64,000 nucleotides of DNA, taken from a virus. The translations under genes and the position numbers were made by a program. Position 1 is the first letter of the stretch. The number at the start of each line of letters is the position of its first letter. The notes beneath the pieces were generated by a model. It made no database searches. It had not been told where the DNA came from and saw only the letters and a program-made list of their open reading frames with translations. Positions 10,001 to 17,323 of the stretch are shown piece after piece. The stretch is taken from IMG/VR virus record IMGVR_UViG_3300037258_001099, positions 1-64,000 of that record. One strand, 5' to 3'.

Positions 10001-10034
10001 CTAGTGCTGTGATTTTTTTACTCATCTTGATCAC
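7008..10034 (-). CDS. phage/plasmid primase-helicase (AEP primase + PriCT + D5_N + SF3 helicase, P4 alpha/D5 family)
   Basis: DLDNC and SYTEISVSGKGIH primase motifs; GRNAQLN PriCT-like segment; NGIVDLRTG D5_N; Walker A GKEGRNGKDT; IKQFTGG..ARQNY, TNYRP. Confidence 0.92.
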   Translation of the reverse strand: MIKMSKKITALEVLQQDPNWVCFRPDKIPFNPKTGKGAEANDSNTWGTYQQAFNAWQSRPEWYAGIGYELTVEKRIILVDLDNCIDDNGNISDYAIQIIQRINSYTEISVSGKGIHILVYGDNLPSNIGADPKGLVKIEMYYYRRYTTWTGRHLDGMTESIEERSEEVLGLYQEIKAARSAAREPKKQQTPPTPVSAESFYGTAYGMRSLEDECSNLAMAVSGGRNAQLNNSAFALGQLIGGGELKDRGYVERELGAVAQSIGLGEREIAKTMRGAIESGMAKPRSAPEVKLVKYEPTATTHSNGSNGHSEKEEWQFSSYGSSLYSQSSKNTKGLQQPPLSTVIQRLGENEWGDALLFAEVFHGHVVYDASSKEWYQWNEHHWKLDSTGFVRQLVSGHLGAVYMRAAAETNVEWAKIESDIAKLPKESSKIELLRETQSKLNEQMDTLKKRCYALRGAKRNVSVLGFVQTDPRMVVTGNVWDNDKWALPVLNGIVDLRTGDFRDGRPEDYIRTVAPTEWKGINEPCPRFERFLHEIFDDRNEAERIELIGFLQRLLGYAITGLSEEAIFPVLFGKEGRNGKDTLLALIKAILGALSGAVSNDLFIDNKAAKTAGAATPHVCDLQGKRIVWGSETKQGDKMNISQIKQFTGGGDIPARQNYGKQYSFSPTHTLLLMTNYRPHADADDDAFWSRACLIEFKIRFLDVDEVQGPHDRVKEEGLKRRLMDELSGILAWLVRGTLDYRKQGFKQPVSVRMATAAYRKTEDQLQQFIEENCYEADYMFTKARQLYNTYKDWCIDNRLSPMNNNLFGEKIGRRFTKAKRDSGNVYLGIGLATGNTPPPQNPGSTSKCLQGASRNYEHAPGASLDGNLDSDPKSASRVPPGACRTAPRASLDGQKKSKLEALEALSVNYPLMTPREGHELPLSEKCLQCLQEGGINDHLEQPVEPICKHLEAHQSASSNGSEKSALKPLPEQAKLFLEAKKSASSALGVNGDNKDNTDTSQWVEWI
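7075..7505. repeat. iteron-like array of CTGGAGGCAC in both orientations; probable replication origin inside the primase gene
   Basis: exact copies at 7075, 7156, 7236, 7245, 7388, 7399, 7468, 7479 (+) and 7316, 7325 (-); near copies at 7092, 7172, 7496. Confidence 0.8.
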
Positions 10035-10067
10035 TTTCCACTATTTTAATGTTGTGCTTGACACACA

Positions 10068-10096
10068 TTGACAAACTTGGAGAGTGAAGGTAAAAT
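10068..10096 (+). promoter_or_regulatory. sigma70 promoter TTGACA-17-TAAAAT
   Basis: near-consensus; points away from the primase gene into a non-coding leader. Confidence 0.75.
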
Positions 10097-10101
10097 GAAA
10101 G

Positions 10102-10315
10102 CAGGAATATCTTGCTCTCGGCGCTCTCCGTATAAAGATTGGGTAGTCAACTTTCCTCAATCGCGTGTATTGGCAGCGTTGCGAATGAGATTTATTCTAA
10201 ATGTGTTTGCCAGTGTAAGGCAAACAATTCTCGTTCGGGGCAGCAGAACTATCTTTCCCGATCGAGGGTCTGGTCCTTTAGGGAAGAGCATTCTGTGGCG
10301 GGATGCTCTTTTCTT
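10102..10315 (+). ncRNA. candidate antisense RNA to the primase-helicase mRNA leader
   Basis: promoter at 10068-10096; internal hairpins TGTTTGCC/GGCAAACA and CGAATGAGA/TCTCGTTCG; intrinsic terminator at 10284-10315. Confidence 0.55.
10284..10315 (+). terminator. rho-independent terminator
   Basis: AAGAGCATTCTG-TGG-CGGGATGCTCTT followed by TTCTT. Confidence 0.65.
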
Positions 10316-10367
10316 GCGTTTTGGGCATCCTTACTCTCCTTCTTATCGACTTTCTTTTACTCCTCTT

Positions 10368-10628
10368 CTATACAATATTGAGTCCTAGCTCGAATATATC
10401 TACTTCTGGTAAGCTTTTCTCTCTTCGTGAATTATTAAACCCTATCCAGATGAGGTGTGCTGTCTTAAAGCGAATGCTCTTTCCATTCTCCGCTTTCTGG
10501 TAGGTGTTAAGTCGAACATTTACCTTGCGTGCCATATCTTCCTGGGTGAAACCCATTTCTATACGCATCTCTTTGAGCTTAGTTTTTACTTCTGCGGACT
10601 TGGGTTTTTCTTCTGTCATAACTAGCAT
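10368..10628 (-). CDS. Xre/Cro-like HTH transcriptional regulator
   Basis: LKEMRIEMGFTQEDMARKVNVRLNTYQKAENG; AAGGAG SD before ATG 10628. Confidence 0.85.
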   Translation of the reverse strand: MLVMTEEKPKSAEVKTKLKEMRIEMGFTQEDMARKVNVRLNTYQKAENGKSIRFKTAHLIWIGFNNSRREKSLPEVDIFELGLNIV

Positions 10629-10664
10629 GAGCGTCTCCTTCTTTGTAATAACAATACCTCTCAT

Positions 10665-10709
10665 AGTATACATCGTTCACTGTACTTTCGTCAAGCGGTG
10701 TGTTATAAT
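10665..10709. promoter_or_regulatory. divergent promoters: TTGACG-18-TATACT (-, 10694-10665) and extended -10 TGtTATAAT (+, 10701-10709)
   Basis: direct reading between the Xre gene and the TA operon. Confidence 0.65.
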
Positions 10710-10958
10710 CAGTCTATTAGAATAATGTTTTGCCCTGCAACGCCTCCCTGATGTTCGAGCATCGGATGAAAAGCGTCCAGGGCCGACGAAAGAAAGTGAG
10801 TTCTTCCGTATGGATACTTTACCCCAGATCTGTTCTTGCCATCAAGGGGCGGTGGCTTCATGAATAAAGGTAGGGATAATCAGTACTTACTTGTTGTCAG
10901 TGATGAGTATGGAAGTAGATCCACCCTTTTGGGTGTTTACACTACCCCTGTGTGGGAT

Positions 10959-11300
10959 ATGCACACAGTAGCTGAGACTGATGGTTTTCTGCGAGACGCG
11001 AAGTCTTTGAGGCTTACTGAGGATGAGCGAGATACCATTGTGAATTACATGGCAGCTTATCCACAGGAGGGAGATGAAGTTAGCGGTACGGGTGGAGCAC
11101 GCAAGGTTCGTTTCCCTGGTAAAGGTAAAGGGAAGAGTGGTGGATATAGAGTCTTTACGTTTTATAGCGGAGAGGATATCCCAGTGTTCCTCATGAGAAT
11201 TATATCAAAGGGCGATAGGGAGAATTTAACGCCAGCACAGCACAATGACTTAAAGGCAGACCTGTCGATGATTGTTAAAGGATACCGAGAAAGGAAATAG
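10959..11300 (+). CDS. higB: RelE/HigB-family type II toxin
   Basis: MHTVAET..F...P.EGDEVSGTGGARKVRF..KGKGKSGGYRV..FY...PVFL..I.SKGDRENL. Confidence 0.85.
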   Translation: MHTVAETDGFLRDAKSLRLTEDERDTIVNYMAAYPQEGDEVSGTGGARKVRFPGKGKGKSGGYRVFTFYSGEDIPVFLMRIISKGDRENLTPAQHNDLKADLSMIVKGYRERK

Positions 11301-11432
11301 TACATGAGCAACCTTGATGCTTGTATTGGCTGGGAAAAGAGTAGCCATAATCCCAAGATAAGGACAGGAATAACTTTTCGCGGAGATCTCTTCATAAGAG
11401 CCGCTCAAATTATGTATACGAGGAGGGAATCG

Positions 11433-11735
11433 ATGTATCCATTGGGCTTTAAACAGGGTCTAATAGATAGCATTACAGATATCCGTGCCTCTCTGCTCGA
11501 TTATGGGGACCATGCCTATGATTTTGGAGTTCCCACTGAGATCAATACTGTAAGAATTGCTCGGAGCCTGGGACTCACTCAGGAGCAGTTTGCAACCACA
11601 TTCCGTATTCCCCTTGAAATACTCCAAGCATGGGAGACAGGTCAGCAGGTACCTGACGATGCTATGAAAGCATATATCTCGTCCATTGATCGTAATCCGA
11701 ATGCTGTACTACGGTCTTTGACAGGTGAGGAGTAA
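11433..11735 (+). CDS. higA: HigA-like Xre HTH antitoxin
   Basis: LGLTQEQFATTFRIPLEILQAWETGQQVPD; follows the toxin; AGGAGG SD before ATG 11433. Confidence 0.75.
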   Translation: MYPLGFKQGLIDSITDIRASLLDYGDHAYDFGVPTEINTVRIARSLGLTQEQFATTFRIPLEILQAWETGQQVPDDAMKAYISSIDRNPNAVLRSLTGEE

Positions 11736-11740
11736 TAGCA

Positions 11741-12166
11741 ATGAGATCGCAAACAGAGTGGATCGAAGATCGTAATAAATGGCCTTTGTGGCATATATAC
11801 ACGGCTGCCGAAAGTTTTGAGCGGTTTATTGACGGCCAGGATAGCTATGTAGCCCATGGCGACTTGCTCGAAGGGTGGAATCGTACACTCAAAGAGGATA
11901 GGGCTGCTCTTCTTAAAGATCCACTTCCTGAAGCTCCTCATGAACCTCAATGGACAGCGTTCTGGGTAGCTACAGTCGTGCAGTTATGCGTCACAAATGG
12001 AATACTTATCCCTGATTGGGTGATCGGCAAGCAGTGCTTCTTGCCTGAGCCTTGGTATCCAGAGGTGAAGAATGAAAAGTTACGTGAGATTCAACGGGAA
12101 ACAACGCCCTTCATCTTTGCTCTCTACAATGTCTTTGCGGGAGACAATGTTCTCTGCCGTGTGTAA
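11741..12166 (+). CDS. TA-associated helical protein, resembling antitoxin-like partners of nucleotidyltransferase toxins
   Basis: VAHGDLLEGW...WTAFWVATV..LC...PDWV...LPEPWYP...TPFIF...NVF pattern; family recalled, not searched. Confidence 0.5.
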   Translation: MRSQTEWIEDRNKWPLWHIYTAAESFERFIDGQDSYVAHGDLLEGWNRTLKEDRAALLKDPLPEAPHEPQWTAFWVATVVQLCVTNGILIPDWVIGKQCFLPEPWYPEVKNEKLREIQRETTPFIFALYNVFAGDNVLCRV

Positions 12167-12231
12167 CAACGTGGTAAAATACACACAGGGAGAGCAACAT
12201 CTCGATTTACTGCGCTGCTCTCTCTCAAGCC

Positions 12232-12543
12232 TCAACTTTTATTGGATATCTTCAGAACAAGCTCGATAATCTCTTTGGCCTTATCTGGGCCAATGACCGC
12301 GCCGATAAAACAAATGCCTAGTAGGGCATCATGCATTATCACCACTGTCCAAAATGCAAGAAACAAGCACATCAGTTGACACGCAGTACTCACAAATGTT
12401 ACTCTCCCCTGCTTTGGCTTCTGAACATCCTCTGCAAGCTTCACACTTGTTGTGTTGCGCCGAGCTACGCGCATGTTCAATCGTGCGCTCGCATGGCGCT
12501 GGGTCGCATGATTTTCCTCAAGGAATCTCTTGGTTTTATCCAT
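12232..12543 (-). CDS. small two-TM membrane protein
   Basis: two C-terminal hydrophobic stretches; GGAATGGA before ATG. Confidence 0.55.
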   Translation of the reverse strand: MDKTKRFLEENHATQRHASARLNMRVARRNTTSVKLAEDVQKPKQGRVTFVSTACQLMCLFLAFWTVVIMHDALLGICFIGAVIGPDKAKEIIELVLKISNKS

Positions 12544-12721
12544 ATTTCCATTCCAAGGAGGATCTTACAATGCAAGCCCAGATATAAAACCTATTTGCCC
12601 TAGTCATTGTAGCACAACTATATCGATATTTGTCTCTTTTTGGGGTGCTGCTATTTTTGTTGCCGGATTTGCCGTTTACCCTGCAAAATTGAGATTGCAA
12701 TCTCGAATGAAAGGTAAATCC

Positions 12722-13534
12722 ATGGCACGACACTATAGCGAAAGCCGGAAGAAGGCCAAGTCAAATTCCGGTAATCAAAATCCAATACCGGAAAATTCTA
12801 ATCTCTCTCACGTTATTGCAGGCAAGCTGCTTCCTATCGCTGCTGGCCCACCCAGGACAGAAGAGGATAAGCACGACTTTTTCGTTAATCTTGTGCGTCT
12901 GCACTGCGGCCAAAGACTTACTGCTGTAGAATGTGCAAACAGAATGGGTGTCTCTGAGCGCTCTATACGATCCTACATGGCAGAGCCGCTCTACAAAGAG
13001 ATCCAGGAGCAACTCATCGCCGACTCCAAGCAAAGCGGTCACTTAATGATCTCCGAGGTCATCCCATCCTCTATTGATGGCTTGTTCTCTATCGCCCAGG
13101 ACACGAATGTCTCACCCTTTGTGCGCTACAAATGCTACGCAGAGTTGCTCAATTATGCCGGATATAATGAGCCGCAAGAAGAGAGTAGAACTGACTCACG
13201 CTCCACGGTCAGCCAATTTATGAAAGAAGTGGAAGCCAAGCGCCAGCAGCAGCAGCCTGTCTATAACATCCAGAACCTCAACATCACCCCAGACTTAACA
13301 GATAAAGGAAAAGTCGTTGACTCCATTCCAGAGAACATTCCTCCCGAATTGCACCAGTACTATTCCCAGGTTTTGCCTGGCGGAAAGCTCCCAGAGAGCT
13401 TCAGAACTGAGCACGAACCATCGGTAAGTGGTATAATCAGAAAGAGGAATGGCAATCCAAAGATAGTGGAGCAATACACCAATGCAGAAGAAAGTGTCCC
13501 AGAAGAGCATCCCCAAGAAGCGGGGGATGAATAG
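12722..13534 (+). CDS. HTH protein, terminase-small-subunit-like architecture
   Basis: LTAVECANRMGVSERSIRSYM HTH, helical core and low-complexity C-terminus. Confidence 0.5.
   Translation: MARHYSESRKKAKSNSGNQNPIPENSNLSHVIAGKLLPIAAGPPRTEEDKHDFFVNLVRLHCGQRLTAVECANRMGVSERSIRSYMAEPLYKEIQEQLIADSKQSGHLMISEVIPSSIDGLFSIAQDTNVSPFVRYKCYAELLNYAGYNEPQEESRTDSRSTVSQFMKEVEAKRQQQQPVYNIQNLNITPDLTDKGKVVDSIPENIPPELHQYYSQVLPGGKLPESFRTEHEPSVSGIIRKRNGNPKIVEQYTNAEESVPEEHPQEAGDE
12766..12793. repeat. 10-8-10 palindrome TTCCGGTAAT-CAAAATCC-AATACCGGAA
   Basis: same site at 21785 and 52802. Confidence 0.75.
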
Positions 13535-13970
13535 TGAGCAACAGCAGCGGCTCGTAGAACAGTACCTTGATACTAAGTCCACGTTACCAAGTAAGCAGGA
13601 TATCGTCCTTGTAGATTCATTCCAGCCAGTACGCAACCGCACATCACGAGAACAGGAAGAGCGCGTCTTTGCCATTCTCTGGGACATGATTTCGGAAACA
13701 TCTGTTCCCGAAGAGCACATTCTGATGAAATACAAAACTGACTACCTTGTAGGAAAAGCGAAGGCTGAGTACGGTCTACTCTGGTACTACGAGGTCATTG
13801 CTGCCTACTCAGCTTACCGCAGATCTCATGTCTCCCTACTCAATCTCATTGAGTGGAAGTGCTACGCGGATGAGAGCATGCGCCAGCTCTTCAGGCGATA
13901 CAAGAGCGAGCAAGAACTCTCATCCATTTTCCGTTGGCCTTCTAAAACGTCAATCCACGACGAAAACTAA
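13527..13970 (+). CDS. hypothetical protein
   Basis: start overlaps the upstream stop. Confidence 0.65.
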   Translation: MNSEQQQRLVEQYLDTKSTLPSKQDIVLVDSFQPVRNRTSREQEERVFAILWDMISETSVPEEHILMKYKTDYLVGKAKAEYGLLWYYEVIAAYSAYRRSHVSLLNLIEWKCYADESMRQLFRRYKSEQELSSIFRWPSKTSIHDEN

Positions 13971-14047
13971 TACCAGGAGCGCCAAGCTTTTCATCTACAG
14001 TGCTTCCCTTTGGTGCTGAGAAGCTCAACAGAGCGTGTAGAGAACAA

Positions 14048-14089
14048 AAAGAGAGATCGGTATGCAACACGATACACCGATCTCTCTTT
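14048..14089. terminator. bidirectional terminator
   Basis: AAAGAGAGATCGGT...ACCGATCTCTCTTT. Confidence 0.75.
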
Positions 14090-14197
14090 GCTTTCTAGAA
14101 CGCTTGTTACAGGCGAATCTCATCAGATTGTTATATAATCTCATGATTATTGCATCGTTAGAGTAGTGCTACACAGGACGTGTGGAGGAGAGAGAGT

Positions 14198-15292
14198 ATG
14201 CAATCGTTCTACCGTTTTTGTTTGGATTTGCGGAAGATTTCGTGGTGGTGTCGTCTTCTTATTGTTCTTGGATCATTTCTCCTATTTGAAGGGCTTGTTG
14301 TGTACATGACAACGATTGGCAGGGATCGTGGTGTGGCTTCTTTGCTGATCATTACTGGTATTTTGGCGGCCTTGCTTTTCTCCTGGAAGAAAGCGCTTGC
14401 CATTGAGTGGGGATTACTCTTGGTCTATCTTTGGATCAATGTCTCCATCAAGGGATGGTGCTATGACCAAGTTGTGGCTTTTTTATCAGGAACCTTTCTT
14501 GATTTTTTTATTATAGCGACCATTGGATATTTTCGTCATGGCTTTGAGTGCTTAGAGCAAGCTATAGCAAAAGAGCAGAGCCTAGCCAATGTCCATCATG
14601 AGCTCCGCTCACCGCTCACTGCTATTATTGGTTCTTTGGATATCATGCGAGATCATGGCCGTCAGATCAGTGAGCAGGAACACGACATGTTTCTTGATTA
14701 TGCGGTCTATGCTAGTGAAGAGCTTACAAGAATTGCTGATAATGTGCTTGATGCAATTCGTGCGGATTCTGATGTAAGCATTCCCTGGATCAAGCAATTT
14801 GACCTCTGCTCTGTCGTTTCTGATATACTGCGTCGTGCTCATAGTGACGGCCATTGCATCCATATCGACATTCCAGAGGATATCGTGGTGTATGGCGATT
14901 CTCAGCATGTGGGCCAAGTTATGCGGAACCTGCTCTCTAATTGCTTTAAGTATTCGCCAGATGGCAGTCCTGTCTTTGTGCGTGTCTGGCAGGATGATAT
15001 TTATAGTTATGTTTGCGTGAGAGATAAGGGGCCTGGTATTCGTGCCGAGCATCTCCCCTTGATCTTTCAAAAATTTTCTCGTCTTGATCATGATATTGCG
15101 GGTCCAATACGAGGGATAGGGCTTGGTCTCTACATTTGTCGAAGACTTATTGAGAATATGGATGGTCGCATCTGGGTTGAGAGTGCTGGCATATCTGGGG
15201 ATGGGAGCAGCTTTTATTTTACGCTTCCTCGTATACAATCCAAGAAAATTTGTGTTCCTCTTTCTCCTGTGGCAGAATACAGAAACATTTGA
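14198..15292 (+). CDS. membrane sensor histidine kinase (N-terminal TMs, HisKA, HATPase_c)
   Basis: H-box ANVHHELRSPL, N-box NLLSNCFKYS, G1 DKGPGI, F-box IFQKFSR, G2 GIGLGL. Confidence 0.93.
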   Translation: MQSFYRFCLDLRKISWWCRLLIVLGSFLLFEGLVVYMTTIGRDRGVASLLIITGILAALLFSWKKALAIEWGLLLVYLWINVSIKGWCYDQVVAFLSGTFLDFFIIATIGYFRHGFECLEQAIAKEQSLANVHHELRSPLTAIIGSLDIMRDHGRQISEQEHDMFLDYAVYASEELTRIADNVLDAIRADSDVSIPWIKQFDLCSVVSDILRRAHSDGHCIHIDIPEDIVVYGDSQHVGQVMRNLLSNCFKYSPDGSPVFVRVWQDDIYSYVCVRDKGPGIRAEHLPLIFQKFSRLDHDIAGPIRGIGLGLYICRRLIENMDGRIWVESAGISGDGSSFYFTLPRIQSKKICVPLSPVAEYRNI

Positions 15293-15322
15293 TCAAACAA
15301 ATGTTGAAGGAGAAGAATTAAC

Positions 15323-15565
15323 ATGAATGACTACGAGTTAACAGATAGTGAACTAGAGCAGGTTCATGGTGCCTGTTGTGGTGGCGGGGTTGTTGGTAGT
15401 ATTGTAGAGACTGCTGGTGGTATTGTTGGTATCCCAGCTAGCGTAGGCCTTGGTCTTGTTGGTGTCCCAGTCATAGGTACTATCACCGGAGTTGCAACAG
15501 ATACCAGCACCTCTACAAGCCTGGCTAGTCTTTCTCTGGGTAGTGTAGGGTTGAAGCTGCTCTAG
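15323..15565 (+). CDS. double-glycine-type leader peptide precursor (bacteriocin/RiPP/pheromone-like)
   Basis: ELTDSELEQVHGA leader, then a CC-Gly/Val-rich hydrophobic core; GAAGGAG SD. Confidence 0.75.
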   Translation: MNDYELTDSELEQVHGACCGGGVVGSIVETAGGIVGIPASVGLGLVGVPVIGTITGVATDTSTSTSLASLSLGSVGLKLL

Positions 15566-15644
15566 CTTTGACGCTTGTTCTACACTGGATGAAGATATCG
15601 AATGTGATATTTTCTAAGCAACAGTTGTCGTCGGAAATGCACAC

Positions 15645-15684
15645 AAAAAAGCAGGACACCTTGTTGGCTCAGGGTCCTGCTTTT
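15645..15684. terminator. bidirectional terminator
   Basis: AAAAGCAGGAC...GTCCTGCTTTT between convergent genes. Confidence 0.75.
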
Positions 15685-15697
15685 GCGATTCTATTCC

Positions 15698-15997
15698 CTA
15701 GTTTTTCTTTGACATCCATTGATTGACGATTTGTTGTACTTCGCCCTCGAACTGGAGTCGTTCATTTGGTGATAGCTTGGAGAGTAGGAGTTGCAGGTTG
15801 GCAACCCCTAACTCTTGCTGGGCAGTCTCTGCTCCTCCTCGTTCGTAGACAACATTGAGTCTCCTATTGCCTATTTCAGTTGCACTTACAACACGCCATC
15901 CTTGCTTCTCCATTTTTCTTTGGTCGTTTATATACGTGGTTGATGCGCTAACGATAAAATGACCATATATCTTGGTCTTGCGTTCTGTTTTCGCCAT
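15698..15997 (-). CDS. hypothetical protein
   Basis: GAAAGGAAAAC SD. Confidence 0.7.
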   Translation of the reverse strand: MAKTERKTKIYGHFIVSASTTYINDQRKMEKQGWRVVSATEIGNRRLNVVYERGGAETAQQELGVANLQLLLSKLSPNERLQFEGEVQQIVNQWMSKKN

Positions 15998-16206
15998 GCG
16001 TGTTTTCCTTTCAATTTCGTGTTAATTTCTATAGCTGCCAGATCGCTTAGTTGTTTCTCCAGGTTATTGATGAGGTCACAGTACACCGCCTCAACCTCAT
16101 CAGCATCCTCGTCAGAGAAGCCGTTGCGCAGCTTGTACTGATTCTCTTTGAGGACACGGGCTGCCTGGGTTAGTGCCTCACGTTTAGGATTGATAGTTTT
16201 ACTCAC
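15928..16206 (-). CDS. hypothetical protein
   Basis: AGAAAGG SD; downstream of the motif at 16291. Confidence 0.55.
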   Translation of the reverse strand: MSKTINPKREALTQAARVLKENQYKLRNGFSDEDADEVEAVYCDLINNLEKQLSDLAAIEINTKLKGKHAWRKQNARPRYMVILSLAHQPRI

Positions 16207-16288
16207 GGTGTGCCTTTCTAAAGTGGAATGCTAATCTTAAAATAGCATACCATACATGAATAACAATTTCCATAAATATGGCATGATA

Positions 16289-16304
16289 ATCGACTTTCCC
16301 TTAA
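16289..16304 (-). promoter_or_regulatory. class II conserved motif (ATCGACTTTCCCTTAA on +)
   Basis: one mismatch to the core. Confidence 0.6.
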
Positions 16305-16368
16305 AACGCTCGAATATAGACGGCTTTGCTTGACACGATAACTATGCTATGGCTGGGAGAGGATGACT

Positions 16369-16488
16369 ATGCTTGGGTGTGTTGATTGTGTGACCATCGA
16401 TGGTAACTGGAGTTGGGTGGTGATTGCAGCGCTTATACTAGCTATTATTTGCGTGCTAGCACTGCTGCGGATTGGAGGGAGGTTGTGA
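16369..16488 (+). CDS. 39-aa single-TM peptide (below the ORF-track cutoff)
   Basis: GGAGAGG SD; MLGCVDCVTIDGNWSWVVIAALILAIICVLALLRIGGRL; followed by a GC hairpin. Confidence 0.5.
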   Translation: MLGCVDCVTIDGNWSWVVIAALILAIICVLALLRIGGRL

Positions 16489-16522
16489 AATAGGGGACAG
16501 GGGAGGGTTGTCCTCCCCTCTG

Positions 16523-17323
16523 CTATTCTGTCGTTTCCACCTCGTTTTCTTCTTCTTCTTTTTCGAACTCATAGCCCTCCCGAAGGAACCATCGTTCCAA
16601 GAGGTACTCATGATCAAGAGCAAGCACTACCTTACCTTTGTCGTTTGTCTCAAGGACTCCTGCCTCCCAGAAGATCCCGCCATCTGCCATGGCATGATCA
16701 TACTGAGATTTTGTGAGCACATTGCTGCTCACGAGCCCAGGATAGCCAGATTTGCTCGTATCACGGATCAGTTTTACCTCTGGATATCGCTGCTCTAGCA
16801 TCTGGCTGTGTTTGATGAGCTCGATAAGCATATCGGTCACAATATCGTAGTACCCCATGGATACTTCCAGGTCATCATCTGTGTTGCGCATCTGAGCCAG
16901 GGAGAGCTGTACTTTAACCTCTGGTATCTCTGGCTCGGGTTCGCTCACAACTGGCTCTTCTACTTCTGGAATAGGTGGCACGAGCCTCTCTGTTGGTGTG
17001 TAGCGGATCTTCCTCTCTTCTGCTGCAAATCTCTCTGCGGCTTTCTTCTTCTCTAGGATTTCCTTTTCTATCCGGTAGGCTTCTGCAAAGCGACTAAGAG
17101 CACTCCTCTGCGGTTGCTCCCACCTTGGCTCAGGAAGAGCAAGCACCAGTGGCCGCTCTTCCTCTTCTAGCTGTGCGTGTCTGTTTCCCATATAATGGTA
17201 GAAGTTGTGCTGATAGTGCTTGGCATCAGATTTCGATTTCTTGTGGATCTTGTACCCACAGATGAGGATTGTTGCGGTTACCGACCCGCTCCATATGAAG
17301 ACTGCTACATCAACTCCGTTCAC
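16523..17323 (-). CDS. membrane-anchored hypothetical protein
   Basis: N-terminal TM, Glu/Pro-rich linker. Confidence 0.7.
   Translation of the reverse strand: MNGVDVAVFIWSGSVTATILICGYKIHKKSKSDAKHYQHNFYHYMGNRHAQLEEEERPLVLALPEPRWEQPQRSALSRFAEAYRIEKEILEKKKAAERFAAEERKIRYTPTERLVPPIPEVEEPVVSEPEPEIPEVKVQLSLAQMRNTDDDLEVSMGYYDIVTDMLIELIKHSQMLEQRYPEVKLIRDTSKSGYPGLVSSNVLTKSQYDHAMADGGIFWEAGVLETNDKGKVVLALDHEYLLERWFLREGYEFEKEEEENEVETTE

Noticed and set aside
10068-10388. 106-aa and 80-aa plus-strand ORFs upstream of the primase
   Set aside because: Starts overlap the promoter boxes or lack an SD, and a terminator lies within them; better explained as ncRNA.
14609-15238. 209-aa minus-strand ORF, and similar long antisense ORFs at 19966, 42084, 45982, 54487 and 62820
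   Set aside because: Shadows of well-supported genes on the opposite strand.
14198-15565. Arbitrium (AimR/AimP) system
   Set aside because: The receptor is a membrane histidine kinase rather than a TPR/RRNPP protein, and the peptide has a double-Gly leader rather than a Sec signal.
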